DNA of 64,000 nucleotides from positions 13,775 through 77,774 of the forward strand of contig NZ_DASZTY010000037.1 in assembly GCF_035548195.1 (NCBI RefSeq), written 5' to 3'. This stretch comes from Hyphomicrobium sp. (GTDB taxonomy: Bacteria; Pseudomonadota; Alphaproteobacteria; Rhizobiales; Hyphomicrobiaceae). The translations under genes were made by a program, and so were the position numbers. Below are positions 27,003 to 36,171 of the stretch, piece after piece (positions within the stretch are counted from its first letter, which is position 1; the number at the start of each line of letters is the position of its first letter). The notes below the pieces were generated by a model. The model worked only from the letters and a program-made list of their open reading frames with translations, did no database searches and was not told where the DNA came from.

Positions 27003-28946
27003 ATGCTCACGAACAAAGTCGTTACGGCTGATGAAGCCATTGCCCGTATCCGCGAGGGCGACGTCATCGCGACCACCGGCTTTGTCCAGAGTTGTATTCC
27101 GGAGGCGCTGCACGCGGCACTCGAAAAGCGCTTCGTCGAAACGAATGCGCCTCGCGACCTGACGCTGATCATGTGCGCAGGCGCCGGCGACAGCAAGGGT
27201 CTCGGCACTGGGCGTCTCCATCACGACGGTCTCCTAAAGCGTGTCATTGCCGCAAATTTCGGGCGCATGCCGAAGGTCGCAGCGGCGGCACAGGACAATA
27301 AAATCCAAGGCTATAACCTGCCGCAGGGCGTGATTTCGAAGCTCTACCGCAGCTGTGCATCCGGCAGTCCCGGCCTCTTTACGAAGGTCGGTCTGCACAC
27401 CTATGTCGATCCGCGTCTCGGCGGCGGCAAGGTCAATTCGATGACGAAGGAAGATCTCGTCAAACTGGTCGAGGTCGAGGGCAAGGAATGGCTTTTCTAT
27501 AAAGCGACGCCGATCGACGTGGCGCTAATCCGGGCGACGAGCGCCGATCCTCTCGGCAATCTCAGCATGGAAAAGGAAGCGCTGACGCTCGATGTGCTGG
27601 CGCAGGCGATGGCGGCGCATAACAATGGCGGCCTCGTGATCGCTCAAGTCGAACGTCTCGTTGCCGACGGATCGATCAAGCCGAAAGACGTCAAAGTGCC
27701 GGGCATTCTCGTCGATTGCGTCGTCGTCGCCGATCCTCCCGAGATGCACCGCATGAACTACGGCGTCATGTACGATCCGGCGCTAGCAGGCGAGGTTCGC
27801 GTGACCGTCGATAGCTTGCCGAAGATGAAACTCGACGAACGCAAGATCATCGCGCGGCGCGCGGCTTTCGAATTGCCGCCAAACGGCGTTATCAATCTCG
27901 GCGTCGGCGCGCCGGACGGTGTTGCTAACGTCGCGAACGAAGAGAAAGTTACGCCGTATCTCGTCATGACGACGGAAGCGGGCGCAGTCGGCGGCGTGCT
28001 TGCGGGAGGATCGAGCTTTGGCTCGTCGGCCAACGCGCATTCGATCCTCGACCAAAACCAGATGTTCGATTTTTATCATGGCGGCGGGCTCGACTTAACG
28101 TGCCTCGGCATGGCGGAATGCGACAGCCTCGGCAACGTCAACACGAGCAAGTTCGGTGGCAAGCTCAATGGCTGCGGCGGCTTCATCGACATTTCGCAAA
28201 ATGCGCGCGCCGTGGTTTTCGCGGGCACCTTCACCGCGGGCGGACTCAAGATTGCGATCGAAGACGGCAAGCTTCGCATCGTGCAGGAAGGCCGCGCCAG
28301 GAAGTTCGTGAAGCAGGTCGAACAGGTCACGTTTTCGGGTCAGTACGCGGCGCAAAAATCACAGCCCGTGCTTTATGTGACGGAGCGTTGCGTGTTTCAG
28401 CTCACGGAGCATGGACTCGAATTGATCGAGGTGGCGCCGGGCATCGACATCGATCGCGATATTCTTGCACACATGGCGTTCAAGCCGCACATTCATAAGC
28501 CCATCCCGATGAATCCGGCATTGTTCCGCGACGAACCGATGGACTTGTTGTCGGATCTTTTGAATCTGAAGCTTGGCGAGCGAGCAAGCTATGATCCGGC
28601 CACCAATATGCTCTCTATCGACCTCAGCGGTTGGAGCGTGCGCAAAAAGAGCGACATCACGGATCTGCAGAAGGTGATCGCCGGAAAGTGTGAGGCTGCC
28701 GGACGCCGGGTGAATGTCGTCGTCAATCAGGACGGATGCCGGATCGCGGAAGACCTTTATGAGGATTACGCGAACATGGTCGCCTATCTGATGAAGAACC
28801 ATTACGCGAGCATGGCGCGTTACGCGACGAGCGACATCACGCGTCAGAAGTTACAGGATGCCCTCCGGCGGCGCGGGTTGAAGACGCAGATCTACGAGCG
28901 CGCCGAGGATGCTAAAGCCTCGCTGGAGCAACAGGCGGCAGAGTAA
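27003..28946 (+). CDS. acyl-CoA:acetate/3-ketoacid CoA-transferase (YdiF-like, fused alpha/beta) with about 125-aa C-terminal extension
   Basis: Start refined to MLTNKVVTADEAIARIREGDVIATTGF. Motifs: SADPLGNLSMEKEA, MTTEAGAVGG (catalytic Glu region) and FYHGGGLD. Confidence 0.85.
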   Translation: MLTNKVVTADEAIARIREGDVIATTGFVQSCIPEALHAALEKRFVETNAPRDLTLIMCAGAGDSKGLGTGRLHHDGLLKRVIAANFGRMPKVAAAAQDNKIQGYNLPQGVISKLYRSCASGSPGLFTKVGLHTYVDPRLGGGKVNSMTKEDLVKLVEVEGKEWLFYKATPIDVALIRATSADPLGNLSMEKEALTLDVLAQAMAAHNNGGLVIAQVERLVADGSIKPKDVKVPGILVDCVVVADPPEMHRMNYGVMYDPALAGEVRVTVDSLPKMKLDERKIIARRAAFELPPNGVINLGVGAPDGVANVANEEKVTPYLVMTTEAGAVGGVLAGGSSFGSSANAHSILDQNQMFDFYHGGGLDLTCLGMAECDSLGNVNTSKFGGKLNGCGGFIDISQNARAVVFAGTFTAGGLKIAIEDGKLRIVQEGRARKFVKQVEQVTFSGQYAAQKSQPVLYVTERCVFQLTEHGLELIEVAPGIDIDRDILAHMAFKPHIHKPIPMNPALFRDEPMDLLSDLLNLKLGERASYDPATNMLSIDLSGWSVRKKSDITDLQKVIAGKCEAAGRRVNVVVNQDGCRIAEDLYEDYANMVAYLMKNHYASMARYATSDITRQKLQDALRRRGLKTQIYERAEDAKASLEQQAAE

Positions 28947-28964
28947 ACAAGCGAGCGATCGGCG

Positions 28965-28987
28965 AATGGCCGGAAAATCCGGCCATT
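28965..28987 (+). terminator. terminator hairpin after the CoA-transferase gene
   Basis: AATGGCCGG / CCGGCCATT form a 9-bp stem with an AAAAT loop, 19 nt after the stop. Only a short T-run follows. Confidence 0.5.
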
Positions 28988-29291
28988 GCGTAATGTGAGA
29001 GCGCGCTTGGAGCCGAAGACGCGTCAGGCAGCGCTTGACGATCCGAATTCGTTGCACGGCTTAATCTCTTCAAGTGCCGTGCCGGTTTCCGGCATGCCTT
29101 GAGGCACGACGGTGTCCTGGGACAGTCCCCCCAAACGGCGTCGATAAAAACTTCGCCGAGCTCGTGCACGACACCATGCTGCCGCCTCTCCACAAAGATG
29201 TTGATACGAGCAAATCGATGCGGGTCCCGGAAAATTAGAAACTCTTTGAGAAACATTCGGCAATGGGAGAAATTTTTCCGCTAATATTGCA

Positions 29292-30335
29292 ATGACTCAG
29301 CCGGTGCCCCTCATGGTCAAATCCAGGATCGCGATTGCCTGCTTCACAACCTTTGCCGCGACGGTTGCCGTTGCGGGATTGCCGGCTTGTCAAGCGGGCG
29401 ACGCACCCGCGGCGCAAAGCGCATCCCCTTCAATGGATGGACCAGGGGTTGTTCCAGACATCGACAAATTGCCGGACAATACGTGGGGACGAACGGTCAG
29501 GTACGGCCGCGACCTGATTACCAAAACCTCGTCGCTTATTGGCCCGGAGGTCCCCGATCCGTCGCACCGGTTTGCCGGAAACAATCTCAATTGTCAGAGC
29601 TGCCACATCAAAGCCGGTACAAAAAAATTCGGCCTTCCGCTGATCGGAATTTACGCGAATTTTCCGGCCTACGCAGCGCGTCTGGGCCGCGTCGAGACGA
29701 TTGGAGAGCGTATCCAGGGCTGCATGGAGCGGAGCATGAACGGCAGGCCGCTTCCGCCGGATGGTCCGGAAATGACCGCCATGATGTCATACCTGAAATT
29801 TCTATCGACCGGCCATCAGGTCGGCGCTCCAGTCGCGGGGCGGGGCAGCGGCAGCATGCGAGAACTCAACCGCGCTGCCGATCCGGTCAAGGGTGCCACG
29901 GTCTATGCGAACACCTGCGCGGGATGTCACGGGACAGACGGGCAAGGTCAGCGCGTCGGCAAGGTTGGAGATGGCAAGGGATACGTCTTTCCGCCGCTCT
30001 GGGGACCGGACAGCTTCAACGACGGCGCCGGAATGAACAAGATTATCGACGCAACAAACTTCATTCATAGCAATATGCCCGATGGAACAACCTGGCAAAA
30101 TCCAACTCTGTCGCCAGAGGACGCGTGGGATGTTGCGGCCTACATCGATTCACAACCGCGTCCCGCTATGGCGAATCTCGGCCGTGACTTCCCGAACAAG
30201 CTCGAAAAACCTGTCGATACGCCATATGGTCCTTACGCTGATGGATTCACGGCCGAACAGCATAAGTTCGGCCCGTTCGGACCTATCAATGCCGCTGTCC
30301 GAAATCTGAAAGCCGCGAGCGCGGCGCGCAAATAG
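29292..30335 (+). CDS. tsdA: dihaem c-type cytochrome, thiosulfate dehydrogenase TsdA family (COG3258-like)
   Basis: 347 aa with a signal peptide. Two CXXCH sites (CQSCH, CAGCH) and a conserved Cys in ERIQGCMERSMNG. The YVFPPLWGPDSFNDGAGM block matches my recollection of TsdA-type proteins. Confidence 0.6.
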   Translation: MTQPVPLMVKSRIAIACFTTFAATVAVAGLPACQAGDAPAAQSASPSMDGPGVVPDIDKLPDNTWGRTVRYGRDLITKTSSLIGPEVPDPSHRFAGNNLNCQSCHIKAGTKKFGLPLIGIYANFPAYAARLGRVETIGERIQGCMERSMNGRPLPPDGPEMTAMMSYLKFLSTGHQVGAPVAGRGSGSMRELNRAADPVKGATVYANTCAGCHGTDGQGQRVGKVGDGKGYVFPPLWGPDSFNDGAGMNKIIDATNFIHSNMPDGTTWQNPTLSPEDAWDVAAYIDSQPRPAMANLGRDFPNKLEKPVDTPYGPYADGFTAEQHKFGPFGPINAAVRNLKAASAARK

Positions 30336-30343
30336 AGCGGAGG

Positions 30344-31900
30344 CTACTCTCGCGTGAGCCCTTTGGCAGCGAGTTCTTCGAGATATTTGGTCCAGCGCGC
30401 GTCCTTCTCGCGGCCGAGCAGATGCAAGTAGCCCCACGTGTAAAGGCCGGTGTTGTGACCGTCATCGAAGGCAAGACGGGTGGCGTAATTGCCGACTGGG
30501 GTCATGCCGGTGATCTTAACGTTCTTTTTTCCCGGAACCGTAATCCGTTGCGAGGGCGAATGACCTTGCACTTCCGCGGAGGGGCTTACGACGCGCAGGA
30601 ATTCGGCTGAAAGATCGAACGTGCGCCCATCCGGAAAAGCAGCTCTCAGGTTTTTGCCGCTGTCAGTAAGCTCAAGGTGCGGCGGCGGTGTCAGTGTTCC
30701 TTTGGCGCGCTCGACCTCGCCCCAGACATTCGCTGCAAGACCACGGAAGATTTGCGCATAGGCGCTTTCCGGTGCCGCAACGGTCACGGGCTTGCCGCTG
30801 TCGGATGTTTCGCGAATTTCCATGTGCAACGGCACTTCGCCGAGGAACGGCACACCCAGCTTTTGCGCTTCGTCGCGTGCGCCGCCGTGGCCGAATACGT
30901 CGGAACGTTCGCCGCACTTGGGACACAGGAAATAGCTCATGTTCTCGACGATGCCGAGGATCGGTACCTCGACGCGCTTGAACATCGCGATGCCCTTACG
31001 CGCATCGATTAGCGCCAAGTCCTGGGGCGTCGAAACGATGACGGCACCTGAAAGCGGCACGCTCTGGGATATCGTCAGCTGAATGTCGCCGGTCCCCGGC
31101 GGCATGTCGATGACGAGTGCGTCGAGATTGCCGGTGTCGCCTGCCCAATCGGTTTCGCGCAGCATCTGACTCAGCGCCGAGACGACCATAGGTCCGCGCC
31201 AGACGACGGGCGTTCCTTCATCGACGAGAAAGCCCATCGACATGACTTTCAGGCCCCAGCCTTCCAGCGGAGTAATGACTTTGCCGTGCGCGACGCGCGG
31301 TTTTCCTGAGACGCCAAGCAGGCGTGGCTGCGAGGGGCCGTAAATGTCGGCGTCGATGATCCCGACCTTCAGACCGAGAGCTTGGAGACCGAGAGCAATG
31401 TTGACCGCGACCGTCGATTTTCCGACGCCGCCCTTGCCGGAGGCAACGGCGATGATGTGCTTTACCCCGGGGACGGCCTGGGCCCTAACCGAATGTCCGG
31501 TTCCGGACGCGGCTTGGCGGGGACCTGCTCCGTCGCCGGTGGCTCCCTTGGCTCGGGCGGCCTGGACACGTGGATGCTCTGCGCGGCCGATGGGCAGCAC
31601 CGTTCGCGTTGGCGATGGGGGCGTAGGTTTCGCGCGCGCAACGGATCCGGCGGCTGCATCGGCCGTCAGGACTGCCGTAACGCCGCTCACGCCTTCGATA
31701 CCGGAAACGACTTTTTCTGCGGCGAGACGCAACTGCTCCAATTCCTCGGCGCGATCGGGCGGCACGGTGATTGAGAAATATGCGTGATCGTTCTTGATCA
31801 GTATTTCAGACACGAGGCCGAGATCGACGATGTTGCCCGTGAGGTCGGGGCCTTTAACTCGGCGAAGTGCTGTGAGCACGTCGCCTTTTTCCAGCGGCAT
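30344..31900 (-). CDS. apbC: Fe-S cluster carrier ATPase Mrp/ApbC fused to N-terminal DUF59 (MIP18-like) and C-terminal DUF971 domains
   Basis: Start refined to MPLEKGDVLTALRRVKGPDLTGNIVDLGLV (DUF59). Deviant Walker A SGKGGVGKST, the CPKCG cluster-binding motif, and a C-terminal LRVVSPSAEVQGHSP...GNYATRLAFDDGHNTGLYTWGYL (DUF971). Confidence 0.88.
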   Translation of the reverse strand: MPLEKGDVLTALRRVKGPDLTGNIVDLGLVSEILIKNDHAYFSITVPPDRAEELEQLRLAAEKVVSGIEGVSGVTAVLTADAAAGSVARAKPTPPSPTRTVLPIGRAEHPRVQAARAKGATGDGAGPRQAASGTGHSVRAQAVPGVKHIIAVASGKGGVGKSTVAVNIALGLQALGLKVGIIDADIYGPSQPRLLGVSGKPRVAHGKVITPLEGWGLKVMSMGFLVDEGTPVVWRGPMVVSALSQMLRETDWAGDTGNLDALVIDMPPGTGDIQLTISQSVPLSGAVIVSTPQDLALIDARKGIAMFKRVEVPILGIVENMSYFLCPKCGERSDVFGHGGARDEAQKLGVPFLGEVPLHMEIRETSDSGKPVTVAAPESAYAQIFRGLAANVWGEVERAKGTLTPPPHLELTDSGKNLRAAFPDGRTFDLSAEFLRVVSPSAEVQGHSPSQRITVPGKKNVKITGMTPVGNYATRLAFDDGHNTGLYTWGYLHLLGREKDARWTKYLEELAAKGLTRE

Positions 31901-32076
31901 ATTGGGAAATCTCCTGAGCGCAGTCTCCACCGCGCAAACGTAAACGGTTCTTCGCCCGATATATGTCGGGTAGACGGATGATGGAAGCCGGATACGCCAA
32001 TAAAGACCACGACTTTAGCTTGTTTGGACTTTGATCGGTTCTTGCGGCGCGCAAGCGAGACATTTAAGCGTGCCAC

Positions 32077-32700
32077 ATGGCAGCAAAGCCCCAGATTCTC
32101 GGCGTTATCCTGGCAGGTGGTAAATCGCGGCGCTTCGGCGGAAGCGACAAGGGGCTCGCCGAGCTTGCGGCGCAACCTGTCCTCTCCCACGTCATCGCGC
32201 GCTTTCGCCCACAGGTCGGCCGATTGGTCCTGAATGTTAATGGCGACGCCAGCCGTTTCGCACAATTCGGCCTTGAGACGATTTCCGACCGCGTCGAACC
32301 GGAGCTTGGCCCGCTCAGCGGCATCCTTGCGGCGCTCGACTGGCAAAGGGAGAATGCCTCCGATTGCACTGCGATCGCGACCGTTTCGACGGACGTCCCC
32401 TTTCTGCCGCTCGATCTCGTGGAAAAGCTCGATGTCCAGCGCGGTGACGGCGTTGCCATCGCGATGTCGGCGGAACGGCGGCATCCAACCATAGCTCTCT
32501 GGCCTCTCGGCGCGCGCGACGCGGTCGTAGACGCCTTGAAGCGACGGGCTTTGAGCGTGAATGCGCTGACGGAGGGCCTCAAAGCCGTTGCTGTGCCGTT
32601 CGCGATGCGCAACATTGACGGTGTTGACGTCGATCCTTTTTTCAACGTCAACACGAGGGACGATCTCGCAATTGCGAAGGCTCTGATCGGCAAGATCTGA
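32077..32700 (+). CDS. mobA: molybdenum cofactor guanylyltransferase
   Basis: 207 aa with GVILAGGKSRRFGGSDKGL and PFLPLDLV motifs. Confidence 0.9.
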   Translation: MAAKPQILGVILAGGKSRRFGGSDKGLAELAAQPVLSHVIARFRPQVGRLVLNVNGDASRFAQFGLETISDRVEPELGPLSGILAALDWQRENASDCTAIATVSTDVPFLPLDLVEKLDVQRGDGVAIAMSAERRHPTIALWPLGARDAVVDALKRRALSVNALTEGLKAVAVPFAMRNIDGVDVDPFFNVNTRDDLAIAKALIGKI

Positions 32701-32713
32701 AAGGGATTAAGCG

Positions 32714-33265
32714 ATGTCTTTTGATTCCTCTGTGCCGCAGCCTGCCCCACTTTTTGGCATTGCAGGATGGTCCAACTCCGGCAAGACGACGCTCATCGAA
32801 AAGCTGGCAGGGCACTTTGCGCAACGCGGCCTCCGTGTCGCGACCATCAAGCATACGCATCATAAATTCGATATCGATGCGCCGGGGAGCGACACGGCGC
32901 GACATCGCGCTGCCGGAGCCGCCGAGACGGCCATCGTTTCAGGATCGCGCGTGGCGATCATTGAAGAAATCGAAACGGCAGGAGAGCCGGCACTTGATGC
33001 CGTTGCGGCCAGACTTGAGCCTGCGGACATAATCCTTGTGGAAGGCTACAAATCGGCAGCCATACCGAAAATCGAAGTGCGACGCGCAGCTGTTGCCCAT
33101 GAACGGTTGCTTGCGGCCAGTGATCCGCATGTTTTGGCCATTGCGGCCGATTATGAACTCGACGCGCCCGGCAAGGCGGTTTTTAACCTCGATGACGTTG
33201 TCGGCATCGCAGAACTGATCGAAAAAGCCCTCGGGTCATTCAAAAGCCTGAGGCATCGGGCATAA
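32714..33265 (+). CDS. mobB: molybdopterin-guanine dinucleotide biosynthesis adapter protein MobB
   Basis: 183 aa with [18 protein letters not shown] (P-loop), [11 protein letters not shown] and ILVEGYK. Confidence 0.9.
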   Translation: MSFDSSVPQPAPLFGIAGWSNSGKTTLIEKLAGHFAQRGLRVATIKHTHHKFDIDAPGSDTARHRAAGAAETAIVSGSRVAIIEEIETAGEPALDAVAARLEPADIILVEGYKSAAIPKIEVRRAAVAHERLLAASDPHVLAIAADYELDAPGKAVFNLDDVVGIAELIEKALGSFKSLRHRA

Positions 33266-33329
33266 AGCACAAAACGTGCGGTCTTGCGGCCTCTTGCCCT
33301 CCTCCGCCCAACCTCCGATATTAAGGCGA

Positions 33330-34379
33330 ATGGCGCAGGTTTCAGCAGACACGTCGCTGGCTCTACAGCGAATTGATAACGCTCAACAACTCGTCGATCC
33401 CTTCGGACGGGAGATCGCGTATCTGCGCGTATCGGTTACGGACCGCTGCGACTTCCGCTGCGTGTACTGTATGTCCGAACATATGACCTTTCTGCCGAAA
33501 CGCGATTTGCTGTCCCTTGAGGAGCTCGATCGTTTGTGCGCGGCGTTCGTCCGCCGGGGCGTCAAGAAACTCCGCATCACAGGCGGCGAGCCGTTGGTTC
33601 GCAAGAACATCATGTGGCTGTTCCGCGCTCTTGGCCGTCACCTTGAAAGCGGCGATCTGCAAGAGCTGACGTTAACGACCAATGGCAGCCAGCTCGAAAA
33701 ATACGCCAGCGAGTTGAAAGCAGCGGGCGTCGAGCGGATCAACGTTTCGCTCGATACGATCGATGCGGTGAAGTTCCGAGCGATTACGCGTTGGGGTGAT
33801 CTCGCGACGGTTCTGCGCGGTCTCGACGCGGCGGAAAAAGCGGGGATCAAAATCAAGATCAACGCCGTGGCCCTAAAAGGCGTCAACGAAGATGAGATCG
33901 AGGATCTGATCAGGTTCGCCCATGGTCGCGGCGCCGACATGACGTTGATCGAAACCATGCCTCTCGGCGATATCGGGGAGGATCGCACGGCGCAATACCT
34001 GCCGCTGTCGATGGTCCGAGCGAAGCTTATGGATCGCTTCACGCTACAGGAAAGCGCGTTCCGGACCGGAGGTCCGGCGCGCTACGTCACCGTGAAGGAG
34101 ACAGGCGGCCGCCTCGGCTTTATTACGCCGCTTACGCACAATTTTTGCGAAAGCTGCAATCGCGTCCGGCTGACCTGTACGGGGACGCTCTTTATGTGTC
34201 TGGGTCAGGAGGACGCAGCCGATCTTCGCGCGCCGCTTCGCGCTTCCGATGACGATACGTTGCTCGATACCGCGATCGTCGAAGCGATTTCAAGAAAGCC
34301 CAAGGGACACGACTTCGTCATCGACCGACGGACGAAAAAGCCATCCCTGACGCGCCACATGAGCGTGACGGGCGGCTGA
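33330..34379 (+). CDS. moaA: GTP 3',8-cyclase (radical SAM Moco biosynthesis protein A)
   Basis: Start refined to MAQVSADTS... Radical-SAM site CDFRCVYC, C-terminal cluster [13 protein letters not shown], and an SVTGG tail. Confidence 0.93.
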   Translation: MAQVSADTSLALQRIDNAQQLVDPFGREIAYLRVSVTDRCDFRCVYCMSEHMTFLPKRDLLSLEELDRLCAAFVRRGVKKLRITGGEPLVRKNIMWLFRALGRHLESGDLQELTLTTNGSQLEKYASELKAAGVERINVSLDTIDAVKFRAITRWGDLATVLRGLDAAEKAGIKIKINAVALKGVNEDEIEDLIRFAHGRGADMTLIETMPLGDIGEDRTAQYLPLSMVRAKLMDRFTLQESAFRTGGPARYVTVKETGGRLGFITPLTHNFCESCNRVRLTCTGTLFMCLGQEDAADLRAPLRASDDDTLLDTAIVEAISRKPKGHDFVIDRRTKKPSLTRHMSVTGG

Positions 34380-34398
34380 TTCCGAATGCCGATGTGTT

Positions 34399-34761
34399 TC
34401 AAGTCAGCGCCGAACGCACGACTTGCTTGATCTGCTCCAGCGTAAACGGCTTTTCGAGCGACAACAGCCGGCGTACGCGAAGACGAGCCGCACGGTCGAG
34501 TTGATCGGAAAATCCCGACATCAAAACGAGCGCAAGGCCAGGTCTCAAAACGAGGGCTTTTTCGGCGAGGGAGATACCATCCAGCTGGGGCATATCGACG
34601 TCGGTGACCAATAGATCGACGGTAGCGGCGTTTCCTGCGAGATAATCGAGCGCCTCAAGACCGTCCTGCGTGACGTGGACAGTATGTCCTTCAGAACTCA
34701 AGGCGCGCTTGACGAGATCGCGCACGGCCGCATCGTCATCTGCGAGCAGGATCGTCGCCAT
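34399..34761 (-). CDS. single-domain response regulator (CheY-like receiver), CpdR-like
   Basis: 120 aa with ILLADDD, phospho-acceptor context LLVTDVDMPQLDG, and KPF. No output domain. The resemblance to CpdR is judged from memory of the Caulobacter sequence. Confidence 0.75.
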   Translation of the reverse strand: MATILLADDDAAVRDLVKRALSSEGHTVHVTQDGLEALDYLAGNAATVDLLVTDVDMPQLDGISLAEKALVLRPGLALVLMSGFSDQLDRAARLRVRRLLSLEKPFTLEQIKQVVRSALT

Positions 34762-34797
34762 GTCACAGCACCTCCCTCGGTTGATCCCGACACGGGC

Positions 34798-35340
34798 TCA
34801 GTCCACGAGCCGTCCGACAAATGGCAGTTCTCTGTAACGATGTCCGACATCCATGCCGTAACCGACGACAAAAACGTCCGGACAAGTGAACGCGCAATAA
34901 TCCGGCTCGATCGAAACGGCGCGTGTCGTCCTTTTGTCAAGAAGAACGCAGGTCTCGATTTTCTCTGCGCCGCGCGCCGAAATCAGGTCTTTTGCGAAGG
35001 CTAAGGTTCGTCCTGAATCGAGGACATCATCGATCAGGATCACGTGCCGATGGTGCACATCGAGGTCCAGGTCGCGCAAAATCGATACCTGACCCGACGA
35101 TATCCGGCTTTTCCGGTAGCTCGAAAGCGTCAGAAAGTCGACTTCCGGCGTAAGCCCGGCTGCATAGAGGGCTCGCAACAGATCCGCGGCAAAGACGAAG
35201 CTTCCCTTCAGGATCGGAACGACAAGCAGGTTTTGCGGCCGCTTTGAGGCAATCTCGGCCGCCAAAGCCTGCAATCGCTCGCTGATCTCATCTGCTGAAA
35301 AGATCGTCTCGATAGCGAGCCCCGTTTTCGTATCAGACAT
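34798..35340 (-). CDS. hpt: hypoxanthine phosphoribosyltransferase
   Basis: Start refined to MSDTKTGLAIETIF... PRPP-binding loop VILIDDVLDSGRTL and GYGMDVGHRYRELPFVG. The 269-aa track ORF has an implausible N-terminal extension. Confidence 0.92.
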   Translation of the reverse strand: MSDTKTGLAIETIFSADEISERLQALAAEIASKRPQNLLVVPILKGSFVFAADLLRALYAAGLTPEVDFLTLSSYRKSRISSGQVSILRDLDLDVHHRHVILIDDVLDSGRTLAFAKDLISARGAEKIETCVLLDKRTTRAVSIEPDYCAFTCPDVFVVGYGMDVGHRYRELPFVGRLVD

Positions 35341-35514
35341 GCAATTTACCCAAAAAAATGCCGACAGCCCACTGCGGCCGGTCATAATCATCCAGCTTTC
35401 TGTGTACACGACTGCGCCACAATCGTAATCGATTGATCGGTGCTGGATTGGCGTGTCTATACGCGCCTGGATGTAAGCACGAGTCTGATTTCTCCCAGCG
35501 AGGCTGATACTCCC

Positions 35515-36171
35515 GTGATTCGGTTGACGAATGTCGGACTGAAATACGACAACGGACCGGCGGTGCTGACGGATGTCACGTTCCACCTGCGGCCCGGCTC
35601 GTTCCACTTTTTACACGGAGAATCCGGGGCGGGAAAAACGTCGCTTTTGCGACTGATGTTCATGTCCCTGCATCCGAGCCGCGGCGCTTTGCAGATGTTC
35701 AATGAGGACGTTACGCGGGTCGGGCCGCAGAAACGTGCTCAGATGCGCCGCCGGATTGGTATCGTTTTCCAAGATTTCCGGCTTCTCGATCATCTGACCG
35801 TCTGGGAAAACGTCGCTTTGCCTCTGCAGGTCACGGGGAAGAGGCCCGCCGATTACCGCGAGGATGTGACAGACCTGCTGCAGTGGGTTGGTCTTGGGGA
35901 CCGGATGTATGCTAATCCCTCCGTCCTGTCGGGTGGAGAAAAGCAGCGAGCGGCGATCGCGCGGGCCGTCATTGGCAAGCCGGAAGTGTTGTTGGCCGAC
36001 GAGCCGACGGGAAACGTCGACCCCCAGATGGCGCGACGGTTGTTGCGCCTTTTCGTGGAGTTGAACCGGCTCGGCACGTCGGTGGTCATCGCGACGCACG
36101 ATTATCAACTGATGCGGCAGTTCAAGGCGCCGCGCATTGAGGTGCACAGGGGCCATGTCCGGATCATCTAG
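35515..36171 (+). CDS. ftsE: cell division ATP-binding protein FtsE
   Basis: Likely GTG start (VIRLTNVGLKYDNG). Walker A GESGAGKTS, LSGGEKQR, and LLADEPTGNVD. The start choice is uncertain (an ATG at 35440 is possible). Confidence 0.85.
   Translation: MIRLTNVGLKYDNGPAVLTDVTFHLRPGSFHFLHGESGAGKTSLLRLMFMSLHPSRGALQMFNEDVTRVGPQKRAQMRRRIGIVFQDFRLLDHLTVWENVALPLQVTGKRPADYREDVTDLLQWVGLGDRMYANPSVLSGGEKQRAAIARAVIGKPEVLLADEPTGNVDPQMARRLLRLFVELNRLGTSVVIATHDYQLMRQFKAPRIEVHRGHVRII

Noticed and set aside
28912-29256. 114-aa minus-strand ORF (MFLKEFLIFRDPHRFARINIFVERRQHGVVHELGEVF...) in the gap between the CoA-transferase and the tsdA-like gene
   Set aside because: Its 3' end overlaps the CoA-transferase stop region and passes through that gene's terminator hairpin. 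The C-terminal half is Arg/Ser/Pro-rich. Third-position GC is lower than in neighbouring genes, and no Shine-Dalgarno is evident. It could be a gene remnant, but it is not supportable as a feature.
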